Shown here: positions 19,119 through 28,160 of the stretch, piece after piece | Numbering within the stretch: position 1 is the stretch's first letter | Layout: the number at the start of each line of letters is the position of its first letter | Assembly: GCA_965221695.1 (NCBI GenBank) | Contig: OZ244905.1 | Location: 3,424,001-3,488,000 of the forward strand | DNA length: 64,000 nt | Reading direction: 5' to 3' | DNA from: Gammaproteobacteria bacterium | GTDB taxonomy: Bacteria; Pseudomonadota; Gammaproteobacteria; Eutrophobiales; Eutrophobiaceae | The notes under the pieces: model-generated | The model's input: the letters and a program-made list of their open reading frames with translations, nothing else | The model's database searches: none | What the model was told of the DNA's origin: nothing | Made by a program: the position numbers and the translations under genes

Positions 19119-19907
19119 TCATTTCCCCTTCCACACGGGCTTGCGTTTTTCCGCAAAGGCACGCGGCCCTTCTTCGTGGTCTTCCGATTCCAGCATGGCC
19201 GCGTAGATCGGGAAGCGCCGCTCCCGGGTCGCGGCAAAGGCTTGTTCCACGCTCATATCGATGGAACCGTTTACCACTTCCTTAATTGCCCTTACGGATA
19301 ACGGCGCGCCGGTGGCGATATGCCGGGCCAACTCTCCCGCGCGGGTCAGGACTTCCGCTTTGGGCACGAGATAGTTGACCAGGCCGTGGCGCTGGGCCTC
19401 TTCCATGTCCATCTTGCGTCCGGTCAGCAGCATGTCCATCGCAATATTAATGGGCATCTTGCGCGGCAGGCGTTGCAGGCCGCCACCGTCAGCGGCGACT
19501 CCCACAAATGTCTCCGGCAGGGAAAATGTGGCATGGTCGGCCGCCACTACCAGGTCACAGGCGAGGATCAGTTCCACGCCTCCGCCGACCGCAATCCCAT
19601 TGACTGCGGCGATGACCGGCTTGTCCAGGTCAAACATTTCGGTTAGCCCTGCGAAGCCGCCTGCGCCATAATCATCATCTTCGCTGAGTCCTTCCAGTGC
19701 CGCCGCCTTGAGGTCCCAGCCGGCGCAAAAGATCCTGTCTCCGGCGCCGGTAATGACGGCGACCAGCAGTTCCGGGTCATCACGAAAGGAAGCAAAGGTC
19801 GCTCCGAGTTTGCGGCTGGTGACGGCATCGATGGCGTTGGCCTTGGGCCGATCCAGGGTGATGCTGAGGACCTTGCCCGCGCGTTCGATTTTTACGGCAT
19901 TGCTCAT
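19119..19907 (-). CDS. caiD: Crotonase-family enoyl-CoA hydratase, CaiD (carnitinyl-CoA dehydratase)-like
   Basis: LDRPKANAIDA, AGWDLKAAA, GGFAGLTE.F.LDKPVIAAVNG and SED..EGP.AFAEKR.PVWKG closely match the CaiD sequence as I recall it. Confidence 0.8.
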   Translation of the reverse strand: MSNAVKIERAGKVLSITLDRPKANAIDAVTSRKLGATFASFRDDPELLVAVITGAGDRIFCAGWDLKAAALEGLSEDDDYGAGGFAGLTEMFDLDKPVIAAVNGIAVGGGVELILACDLVVAADHATFSLPETFVGVAADGGGLQRLPRKMPINIAMDMLLTGRKMDMEEAQRHGLVNYLVPKAEVLTRAGELARHIATGAPLSVRAIKEVVNGSIDMSVEQAFAATRERRFPIYAAMLESEDHEEGPRAFAEKRKPVWKGK

Positions 19908-22900
19908 GCTGCGCTCTGCGCCGACTGTGCGGCGCGCATCCGGCTCCGTAACGCTTGCGTGGCATCCCGATCAATATCCAGGGAATCGTCCTCCACGTTT
20001 CCGGTCAGCGCGACTCCGTAGATATCCTGGGCCCGTTCCACCGTTTCCCAGCCTTCGAGTACGTCCATCCGGACCCGTTCAGGAACGCGATCGAGGGGAT
20101 CGCCGTAGCCGCCGCCGGAGGCATCAATACCGCGTATGTTTTCACCGGGTTGCAGTTCGACCACGACGACATTGGGTAGCTTTTTCAGCTTGCCGTTCTT
20201 GCGCACGAGAAAATTCTCCGAGCCGATTCCGGCATGGCCGCCAAGAACCCCTTTCGGGGGGTTCAACTGGCAGTCCGACGGGATCACGACGGTCATGGGG
20301 TCATGTTTCGGGCCATACTCCAGTTCCAGGCCGGGCGAGCCCCGCAGCCTTCCGGCGCCGCCCACAGCCCGCATCAGCCTCATAAAATTGAAATGCAACG
20401 GATGCTTGACCTCGTCCAGTTCGACACTGTCCTTGTACATCACGCCGGACACTGCCGGCACACCCCAGTTGACCCAGCCGTCCGCATGGGCGCTGCCCGG
20501 TCCGCCGCCGCACTGCATCATCAACTGGTTTACGTAGGGCGCGTTGCCGTGGCGGAAGTCGTTGCCAGAGACCACGGCCACCGCCGCCGACATGCAGCAG
20601 CCGCCCTCTGCCAGGCCGTAGCCGTCGCCTAGTTGTGCGATGGCCGTGGTCGTAGCGTTAACTAGCCGGTCGGCGACATTGGTGGTGGCCATGGAGGCGC
20701 TGAACGGAAGCGCCGGACGTCCCACCATCGCGCCGTCGCGCAGTTGGACATCAACCCGGCCGAAGGAACCGGCGTTCCGGGGCACATCTTCGTTAAGCCC
20801 GTGGAACAAGCCGCACAGCGCTTCGTTAATGGATGTCGCCTCGGTGAGATTGAATCCGCAGGGCTGGTTGTCCGGGTTATCGGTGAGGTCAATGGTTACC
20901 TTTCCCTGCTCCGGATCGATCTCCACTATGGACTTGATGAGGGCGCCATCGGGCAACACACCGGCTACCGGGTCATGCCGGGATTCCCCGATCACCCTGG
21001 TCTTCGGCAAACGGCGAATAAGCTGCGCCATACGCCGCTCCGAATAGTCGAACCATTCGGAGATAAACCGCTTGATGGTGTCGCGGCCGTATTTTTCGCA
21101 AAGGGCCTTGAGGCGCCGTTCTGCGATGCGCGCCGAACCCAGCGCCGCGAGCAGGTCGCCATACCATTGTTCCGGCACCCGGATACGGCGCATCCCCGTG
21201 CGGATCACGTCGTCAACCATTTTCCAGTCCCGTTGCAGCAGCACACAGGGAAATATCACCGCGCCTTCTTCGTAAAGATCACGCGCAGTCGCATGGTAGG
21301 TGGTCGGCAACGAATTGCCGATGTCGGCCTGGTGGGCCTTGGCGCAAGCGGTAAACAGATGTTCGCCTTCAAAAAACACGGGAACCAGCACGGTCTGGTC
21401 CGCGGCATGGGAATTGCCGTCATAAGGATCGTTGTGCAGGTAGGCGTCGCCGTCGCGGATGTTAGCGCCATGGATCCGGCACATGGACGCGCTTTGCAGG
21501 TGAGAACCGAAAATATGTACCGGCGCCCCTTCGGCAGATGCCAGCAGGCGGTTGTCGCCCGTGGTGAGGGCGCAGGAGAAATCACGAGCAACAGCAATTA
21601 CCGCCGAACGCGCGGCCCGCAACATGGTGTTGGTCATTTCCCGGACGATGCCATCAAACCGGTTGGCGAGCACGGCCGTCAACACCGGGTCCAGTCTTTC
21701 GCCGGCGCCGGCAATATTCAACGGTTCGGGTTTTTTTGCCGCCATCACTTCCAGTATGTAGTTGCCGGCGGCGCTGGCGCGCAGACGCATACCGGGATAG
21801 ACAACAACCGTGGTATTGGGTAATTCGATGATCGCGGGCCCTTCGACGAAGGCCCCGGACGGCACGTCTTGTTCCAGGTAAATGGGCGTTGGCAGCGCTT
21901 CTTCCCCGCCAAACCAGGCATCCCGCGTGGTACTGGGGCGGCTCGTGACCTGTGATGTCACCGGCGAGGCTTCCGCTGCCGGGCGTTGCAGTTGCAGGCG
22001 CACCCGGCCCTTCCAGTTCAGGCACTCCACTGCACTTTGTTCATCCCGAACCGCCAACACGCGCTCATGCACTTCATGGAACGCAAACACCAGTTTTTCG
22101 ATATCTTCCTGTCCGTGAAAACGCCGTACCGGCAGAGGAACATCCAGTTCCCAGACCTGGGTGTGGTAACGGGCTTCCACGGAATAGTCGATGACCGCGC
22201 TGGCCTTGACTTTTTCTTCCAGTCCCGCGACGAAACGATTGAGTTCCGCATCGATGGCTTCCAGGGCGCGATTGACGCCATCCCGGTCAAAATGCCTGCT
22301 GGTGGTGACCCGGCTTGCGCTATGTTCGAAATTGATATCTGAGAATTGCATGCCGCAGGCAGACAGTGCGCTTGCAGTACGGGGCAGTATCACCCGTTCA
22401 CAGCCCAGTTCCCTGGCAATGGGCATGATGTTCAGGCCCGCCGCGCCGCCACCGGCAACTATTGCGCTATGCTGGGGGTTGAAACCTTCCGATACGGTTA
22501 TATCCTGGATGGCCTTGATCATCAGATCGTTGGCCAGTGTCATAATGGAGTAGGCGGTCCGTTCAGGTGTCAGGCCCAGTTGTTCGCCGAGTTCTCCGAC
22601 CACCCGCCGCGCCGCCGCCACATCCAGCGGCATCTTTCCGCCGAGGAAATATTCGGGATCGATATAACCCAGCGTCAGGGCCGCATCGGTTACCGTGGGC
22701 GCATTGCCGCCATTGCCGTAGCAGGCGGGTCCGGGCATTGAGCCGGCGGATTGGGGGCCGACCTGCAGCAGGCCACCAGCATCGATCCAGGCAATGGAGC
22801 CGCCACCGGCGCCAATGGAGCGCATGTCCACCGAGGAGTTCGCCACCAGGTGGCCCGTGTATTCGCCGCCCAGCCAGGTTTCCCTGGTGTACTTCAGTTC

Positions 22901-23815
22901 GCCGTCGCGCACCAGGCCCACATCAAACGTAGTGCCGCCGGTATCGCAGACGATGACGTCATTGCCGAAATCTTCCAGTGTGGCAAAGGTCCTGCCGGCG
23001 ACCGGCGCCATGGACGGCCCGGACTTGACTGTGAAGATGGGGCGTTCGATCAGTTCATCCACATGCATGCAGCCACCGGACGATGTGGAGATCAGGATTT
23101 CGCCGCCATATCCGGCGTCCCGCAGATCTTGCTCCATTTGCACCAGGTGTTTTTGCATCAACGGTTTCAGTGATGCGTCTATCACGGTGGTCGAGGCGCG
23201 CCGGTATTCCCTGACGATAGGAATAAGCCGGTGTGAAAGTGTATAAGGAATACCGGGTATAATTTCTTCGATGAGTTTGCCTACTGCCTGTTCATGGGCA
23301 GGGTTGACGATTGACCACAACAGGCAGACAGCAATGGCCTCAAAATCCTTGCCGGCAACCTGTGCCAGAATTTCGCGGGTAGCGGTTTCATCCAGCTTCC
23401 TGACGACCTTGCCCTCGCTGTCTATGCGTTCCGGGATTTCAAAGGTATGGCGGCGCGGGATGTATGGGTCCGGATAATCTTTGCTGAAATCATGAGGATT
23501 GAACTTGCCGCCCTCGCGCAATACCAGGGTATCCGGAAATCCTGCAGTGAGGAGCGCGGCTGTCTTAGCGGTATTGCCGGTAACAATGGCATTGGTGGAA
23601 TGCGTGGTGCCGTAGATAAACACCTCGGTGGCAGCCAGCAATGCTTCGATATCCGTATCAAGTTGTTCGGCAGCATTGGCAATGGCATTGCGCATGCCTG
23701 CAAAAATACGGTCCGCGGTAGTCAGCGCCTTGCCTACGGTGTGTTTCCCCGCAGCGTCGGCCACGACTACATCCGTAAAAGTACCACCTGTGTCTACGGA
23801 GATGCGATAGCTCAT
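19904..23815 (-). CDS. Fused hydantoinase A+B / 5-oxoprolinase-like ATP-dependent amidohydrolase
   Basis: 1303 aa. N-terminal half has DTGGTFTD and GAGGGSIA; C-terminal half has RDFSC, HNDPY, AHQADIG and GGGYGDP. Confidence 0.92.
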   Translation of the reverse strand: MSYRISVDTGGTFTDVVVADAAGKHTVGKALTTADRIFAGMRNAIANAAEQLDTDIEALLAATEVFIYGTTHSTNAIVTGNTAKTAALLTAGFPDTLVLREGGKFNPHDFSKDYPDPYIPRRHTFEIPERIDSEGKVVRKLDETATREILAQVAGKDFEAIAVCLLWSIVNPAHEQAVGKLIEEIIPGIPYTLSHRLIPIVREYRRASTTVIDASLKPLMQKHLVQMEQDLRDAGYGGEILISTSSGGCMHVDELIERPIFTVKSGPSMAPVAGRTFATLEDFGNDVIVCDTGGTTFDVGLVRDGELKYTRETWLGGEYTGHLVANSSVDMRSIGAGGGSIAWIDAGGLLQVGPQSAGSMPGPACYGNGGNAPTVTDAALTLGYIDPEYFLGGKMPLDVAAARRVVGELGEQLGLTPERTAYSIMTLANDLMIKAIQDITVSEGFNPQHSAIVAGGGAAGLNIMPIARELGCERVILPRTASALSACGMQFSDINFEHSASRVTTSRHFDRDGVNRALEAIDAELNRFVAGLEEKVKASAVIDYSVEARYHTQVWELDVPLPVRRFHGQEDIEKLVFAFHEVHERVLAVRDEQSAVECLNWKGRVRLQLQRPAAEASPVTSQVTSRPSTTRDAWFGGEEALPTPIYLEQDVPSGAFVEGPAIIELPNTTVVVYPGMRLRASAAGNYILEVMAAKKPEPLNIAGAGERLDPVLTAVLANRFDGIVREMTNTMLRAARSAVIAVARDFSCALTTGDNRLLASAEGAPVHIFGSHLQSASMCRIHGANIRDGDAYLHNDPYDGNSHAADQTVLVPVFFEGEHLFTACAKAHQADIGNSLPTTYHATARDLYEEGAVIFPCVLLQRDWKMVDDVIRTGMRRIRVPEQWYGDLLAALGSARIAERRLKALCEKYGRDTIKRFISEWFDYSERRMAQLIRRLPKTRVIGESRHDPVAGVLPDGALIKSIVEIDPEQGKVTIDLTDNPDNQPCGFNLTEATSINEALCGLFHGLNEDVPRNAGSFGRVDVQLRDGAMVGRPALPFSASMATTNVADRLVNATTTAIAQLGDGYGLAEGGCCMSAAVAVVSGNDFRHGNAPYVNQLMMQCGGGPGSAHADGWVNWGVPAVSGVMYKDSVELDEVKHPLHFNFMRLMRAVGGAGRLRGSPGLELEYGPKHDPMTVVIPSDCQLNPPKGVLGGHAGIGSENFLVRKNGKLKKLPNVVVVELQPGENIRGIDASGGGYGDPLDRVPERVRMDVLEGWETVERAQDIYGVALTGNVEDDSLDIDRDATQALRSRMRAAQSAQSAA

Positions 23816-23907
23816 AATTCAATTCTCATACTAATGAGAGCCGAGAGTCTTATACTGGAACCTGATTATTCTGCTCCGGGCGCTGCCTGAAAAATTGTTC
23901 TTGTGTT

Positions 23908-23936
23908 ATTTTTAACGACTGTTAAAATTCTGTCAA
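23908..23936 (-). promoter_or_regulatory. Sigma70-like promoter with an overlapping palindromic operator (candidate TetR site)
   Basis: TTGACA on the minus strand at 23936-23931, followed by TAAAAAT. Inverted repeat TTTTAAC-GACT-GTTAAAA at 23910-23927 lies between divergent operons, one of which encodes TetR. Confidence 0.55.
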
Positions 23937-24032
23937 GCAATAAATTCAGCGAAACTGTGAGATAATCAACACAGACTTCAGGAGCCTCGGGGCAATCCCT
24001 TCCCACATTTTGCAAGCGTAACAAATGAGCAG

Positions 24033-24497
24033 ATGCAAATGGACAAGTCGATAATCGGCACAACCGGCCCGGACTATGAATTCATAGTGGAGCAGGGCAA
24101 GATTATGGAATTCGCCGATGCCATCCATTCCACCAATCCTGCATACAAGGGCGCTGCTGCGGTCGTTCCCCCGACATTCCTCACGGTTGCCGGCAATTAC
24201 TGGGGTTATACACTGGAAAACCCGAAGGATACGGTCTTCAGGGACCTGGGTATAGATACTTCCCTGCTGCTTCATGCCGAGGAAGAATATGAATTTTTCA
24301 GCTCGCCTCCGCGCGCCGGCGATCGCTTCAGCGTACGCCTGCGTCTGGCCGATGCCTGGGAAAAAACCGGGCGCAGAGGCGGCAAACTGACCTTTTACAA
24401 ATTCGAGACAGAATTTCGCAATGCCAATGGCGAACTGCATGCCGTACAACGCACGACCTGTGTGAAAACGGAAAAAGCGCCGGAGAAGGAAGTATGA
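24033..24497 (+). CDS. MaoC-like (FAS1-like N-terminal) hot-dog dehydratase subunit
   Basis: VEQGKIMEFADAI, PPTF, LLHAEEEYEF, GGKLTF. Coupled to the next MaoC gene. Confidence 0.85.
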   Translation: MQMDKSIIGTTGPDYEFIVEQGKIMEFADAIHSTNPAYKGAAAVVPPTFLTVAGNYWGYTLENPKDTVFRDLGIDTSLLLHAEEEYEFFSSPPRAGDRFSVRLRLADAWEKTGRRGGKLTFYKFETEFRNANGELHAVQRTTCVKTEKAPEKEV

Positions 24498-24922
24498 CTG
24501 CAAAAATGGACAGCTCAGACCTGCGCGTTGGGTTGGCAACCGAAGCGCGTACTTTTGGTCCAATCAGCCGCACGGACATCGCAAAATATCAGGGCGCATC
24601 CGGTGACTGGAGCGTGCCCCACCACGATGATGACTACGCCCGACAACATGGATACGACGGTGTGTTTTCGCTGGGTATGTTGCATGCCGGCTTTCTGGCC
24701 ACGTTGGCGACAGATTGGCTTGGCGCGGCCAATGTGCGCCGTTTCAACACACGTTTTCGTGATGTGGGCTGGCCCGGCGACACCTTTACCTGCACTGCCT
24801 GCATTACCCGCAAATATGAATTCGAAGGGGAATCGCGGGTCGACCTGGAGCTGCTGTGCACACGCCAGACCGGTGGCATCGCGGCAGAGGGCACGGCAAC
24901 CTTTGCGGTAACGACCAGGTGA
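24494..24922 (+). CDS. MaoC family (R)-hydratase/dehydratase, catalytic subunit
   Basis: YQGASGDWSVPHHD (D-x4-H dyad), GM, RF...WPGD. Confidence 0.87.
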   Translation: MTAKMDSSDLRVGLATEARTFGPISRTDIAKYQGASGDWSVPHHDDDYARQHGYDGVFSLGMLHAGFLATLATDWLGAANVRRFNTRFRDVGWPGDTFTCTACITRKYEFEGESRVDLELLCTRQTGGIAAEGTATFAVTTR

Positions 24923-25554
24923 AAGCGTCGGTGGCACAGGCAACGCCGCGGGAGCAAGCCGTGCGCAAGCAGATTCTGCGAGCGGCGGAGGCAGAATTTC
25001 GTGAAAAAGGCTATGCCGGCGCGAGCATGCGCTTGATCGCGAAACGGCTCGGGGTAACGGCGCCGGGAATCTACTATTACTTCAGGGACAAGCAGTCGCT
25101 GTTGTTCAGTTGTCTTGAATCCACGATAAGAAAACTGGTGGTTGACGGACAGCAAGCCAGCGCCGCCCATCCCGATGACCCGGTGGCGCAACTGGACGCA
25201 TTTATAGAAACTCACATCCGTTTCAATCTGGAACATTTTGCGCTGGACCTGAACGCAGCCTATACCCGCCTGCACGGTTTCGGCGCGTTGCAAAATGCGA
25301 TAAACAGTGAACAGGCCGCGACCATACGCGAGGTTGAAAAAGCGCATTTGAATACTCTGCGCGATATTCTTCGGCGCGGCCAGGAAAAAGGACTTTTTCA
25401 GCCGGTCGACTTGACTCCGACTGCTTTTGCAATTATTTCAGTCGCCGAACAGGTGCATACCTGGTTCAATCCAGCCGGCAGGTTGCCGCTTGAAGGTGTG
25501 ATACAACACACCGCGAGGATGGCGCGGCGCATGGTGGGTTTCAAAGACGCATGA
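24919..25554 (+). CDS. TetR/AcrR family transcriptional regulator (KstR2-like)
   Basis: ILRAAEAEFREKGYAGASMRLIAKRLGVTAPGIYYYFRDK HTH, C-terminal WFNPAG. GTGA overlap with the upstream stop. Confidence 0.92.
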   Translation: MKASVAQATPREQAVRKQILRAAEAEFREKGYAGASMRLIAKRLGVTAPGIYYYFRDKQSLLFSCLESTIRKLVVDGQQASAAHPDDPVAQLDAFIETHIRFNLEHFALDLNAAYTRLHGFGALQNAINSEQAATIREVEKAHLNTLRDILRRGQEKGLFQPVDLTPTAFAIISVAEQVHTWFNPAGRLPLEGVIQHTARMARRMVGFKDA

Positions 25555-27128
25555 ATACCTGTCCGCTGTTGGAGCAACTGGTAGGCGAAGCGCAGTCCTG
25601 CCTGCCCCGGATTGCCGCGGCCCGAGCTGAGGCAACCCCTGACAATCCGTTTCTGCTGTGGGCAGGCGAGAGTTGGAGCTATGTCCGGGCCTGGGACCAT
25701 ATGCTGCGCTGCGCCGGTTTCTTGAATCGGCTCGGCGTCAGTGGCGCGGACCGGCGCATCGCCAGCTATTTGCCCAATTGCCCCGAGGCCATGTGGACCT
25801 GGTTCGGTGTCCACCTGTCCGGTTCGGTGTATGCGCCTTTGAACCGGGCGCACAAGGGAGAGCTGCTGGCGGATATGTTGAGCCGCACCGGGGCGAAGAC
25901 GCTGGTAACCGAACCCTCGGCCCTGGATCAACTCGATGTGTTTCAAGCGGCGGGGGTTGAAACCCTGATCATTACCGGACAGGAGACCAAGCATGGCTTC
26001 ATCCGGTTTGACGATTACCTGGACATGGAACCGGCTGTGCCGGTGTTTCCCGACCCGTCTTCGTTATGCACGCTGATGTATACATCGGGAACAACCGGGC
26101 GCTCCAAGGCGGTGCGCATACCTCATAACATGTACGCCCGCGGCGCGGCGCGAATTGCGGAATCGTTCGATTACCGGCCAAGTGACGTATTCCATATGTG
26201 GTTCCCGCTGTATCATATTGCCGGTTCGCTGCACCTGGTCGCAGCGATGATGATCGCCGGCGGCAGCGTTGCGATGTTCCCGACTTATTCAGCCAGTAAA
26301 TTCTGGCAGCAGGTAGAAGATACGGGCGCGACGTTTTTCGGCGGACTGGCAAACGTTATTCATACCCTGATGGCCGCGCCGCCTTCGGAGAATGATGCCG
26401 GCAACACGCTGAGGACGGGGATTGTCGCGATATTACCACCGGAGATGATCAGGCCGTTTGAAAAACGTTTTGGCGTGCAATTACGCGATACCTACGGCAT
26501 GACGGAAGCGGAACCCATTACCATTCCCGACCTGTCCCGGGAAAATCCGCCGGGATCTTCCGGTGTGCCGAACCCGGATTTCGAAATCAGGTTCGCCGAT
26601 GAGCATGACCGGCCGGTTGCCCCGGGCGAGACCGGCCAGATACTTGTGCGTCCCATGCAACCGGATATCATGATGCTCGGTTACGAAGGAGATGATGCGG
26701 CCACGCTGGAAGTGTTCCGCAACCTCTGGTTTCATACCGGGGACCTTGGACACCAGGATGAGGACGGATTCATCTTCGTACACGGCAGGATCAAGCATAT
26801 GATCCGGCGCCGGGGGGAAAACATCTCGACCTGGGAACTGGAAAAGTTTATCGGTGAACACCCGCAGGTGGACGAAGTGGCTTGTGTGGGAGTGCCCTCG
26901 TCCCTGGGAGAAGAAGATGTCAAAGCCGTGATCGTGCCGGCGCCCGGCAATCCGCCGGACGCCAGAGAATTACACGCCTGGTGCCGGGAAAAAATGGCGC
27001 GCTTCATGGTGCCTCGCTACATGGAGCTTACTGAGGCGCTTCCCCTTAATCATGTCGGCAAGGTAGAAAAAGAGGCATTGAAAACCATTACGGATGCCAC
27101 CTGGGATGCCGAACGTAACGCGGAGTAG
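25551..27128 (+). CDS. Acyl-CoA synthetase, CaiC (crotonobetaine/carnitine-CoA ligase)-like
   Basis: MYTSGTTGRSK, YGMTE, WFHTGD, IRRRGENIS, RFMVPRY, GKVEK. Confidence 0.88.
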   Translation: MNTCPLLEQLVGEAQSCLPRIAAARAEATPDNPFLLWAGESWSYVRAWDHMLRCAGFLNRLGVSGADRRIASYLPNCPEAMWTWFGVHLSGSVYAPLNRAHKGELLADMLSRTGAKTLVTEPSALDQLDVFQAAGVETLIITGQETKHGFIRFDDYLDMEPAVPVFPDPSSLCTLMYTSGTTGRSKAVRIPHNMYARGAARIAESFDYRPSDVFHMWFPLYHIAGSLHLVAAMMIAGGSVAMFPTYSASKFWQQVEDTGATFFGGLANVIHTLMAAPPSENDAGNTLRTGIVAILPPEMIRPFEKRFGVQLRDTYGMTEAEPITIPDLSRENPPGSSGVPNPDFEIRFADEHDRPVAPGETGQILVRPMQPDIMMLGYEGDDAATLEVFRNLWFHTGDLGHQDEDGFIFVHGRIKHMIRRRGENISTWELEKFIGEHPQVDEVACVGVPSSLGEEDVKAVIVPAPGNPPDARELHAWCREKMARFMVPRYMELTEALPLNHVGKVEKEALKTITDATWDAERNAE

Positions 27129-27141
27129 GAGGACTGGAGTA

Positions 27142-28077
27142 ATGACAAAAAAAGTCGGCATAGTCGGGTGTGGCGTCATCGGTCGGGGTTGGATCATTCT
27201 GTTTGCGCGCGCGGGTTACGATGTGCATGTATTTGATACCATGCCCGGCGCGGTGGAAGAGGCAATAAAGCGGGTGCGCAACTCGTTGATTGACCTTCAG
27301 GAACTGGATTATGTCAGTGATGTCGAGACGGCGCTCGCCAATATCCACCAGGCTGAAAGCCTGGAAGAAGCTGTTGCCGGAAGCTTTTATGTGCAGGAAA
27401 GTGTCACCGAAGACGCACGCATAAAAGAAAAGGTGTTCACGGAGATGGATGAATGCGCTTCCGCAGACGCGCTGCTCGCAAGCTCCTGCTCGGCCATCCC
27501 GCCGACGGTTTTTCTGCAACATATCAGGGGCAGGGAGCGCTGTATTATTGCGCATCCGTTCAGCCCACCACACCTGATACCTGTGGTAGAAGTGGTGACC
27601 ACACCATGGAATAGCGAGGAGGTCATTGAACAGGTGTGTCAACTGCAGGAACAAATCGGGCAGTCTCCCGTCGTGATCAGGAAAGAAACGCCCGGGTTTG
27701 TCGTCAACCGCTTGCAGGCGGCAGTGGTCAACGAGGCCATGCATCTTGTGGATGAGGGCATTATTTCGCCCCGCGACCTGGACAAGTGTATGAGTGACGG
27801 ACTCGGCCTGCGCTGGGCCTTCATGGGGCCTTTCCAGACCATGGAGTTGAATGCGCCAAAGGGGTTTCTCGACTATGCCACCAAGTTTGGCGCAGCGTAC
27901 CAGACCATGGGAGAGGCGTTGCAGGTAGCAAAGCCCTGGCGCCGGCAGACCTTGGAGAAAATAGAGGCCTGGCGGCGCTCGGAGACCACCATTGAGGCAA
28001 TACCCGGGCAACAGAACTGGCGTGATCGCATGTTGCTGAACCTGCGCAGGCTGGTACAGGAAGAGGGAAGTTCGTAA
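27142..28077 (+). CDS. 3-hydroxyacyl-CoA dehydrogenase family (lambda-crystallin / L-carnitine dehydrogenase-like)
   Basis: VGCGVIGRGW, VQESVTE, AHPFSPPHLIPVVEV, GFVVNRLQ, GLGLRWAFMGPF. GGAG RBS before the ATG at 27142. Confidence 0.88.
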   Translation: MTKKVGIVGCGVIGRGWIILFARAGYDVHVFDTMPGAVEEAIKRVRNSLIDLQELDYVSDVETALANIHQAESLEEAVAGSFYVQESVTEDARIKEKVFTEMDECASADALLASSCSAIPPTVFLQHIRGRERCIIAHPFSPPHLIPVVEVVTTPWNSEEVIEQVCQLQEQIGQSPVVIRKETPGFVVNRLQAAVVNEAMHLVDEGIISPRDLDKCMSDGLGLRWAFMGPFQTMELNAPKGFLDYATKFGAAYQTMGEALQVAKPWRRQTLEKIEAWRRSETTIEAIPGQQNWRDRMLLNLRRLVQEEGSS

Positions 28078-28108
28078 ATCACGGAACAAAGGAGTATTAT
28101 CGCCTATT

Positions 28109-28131
28109 GGATTCCCGTCATTACGGGAATG
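28109..28131. repeat. dRS3-like palindromic repeat
   Basis: GG-ATTCCC-GTCATTAC-GGGAAT-G; same family as the copies at 33354, 33409, 34966 and 47260. Confidence 0.7.
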
Positions 28132-28160
28132 TAAAGTACCAGGCAAAACAGGAGGATTAT

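Larger units (their letters stand above)
4902..28130. other. Catabolic genomic island between comEC and exbB
   Basis: 17 catabolic, transport or regulatory CDSs separate comEC from exbB-exbD-lpxK-ycaR-kdsB, which are commonly contiguous in gammaproteobacteria. Truncated gene at the left edge, dRS3-like hairpin at the right edge. No integrase seen. Confidence 0.7.

Noticed and set aside
4902-28160. att-like direct repeat CCAGGC near both island edges
   Set aside because: It is only 6 bp, which is expected by chance, and there is no integrase or tRNA.
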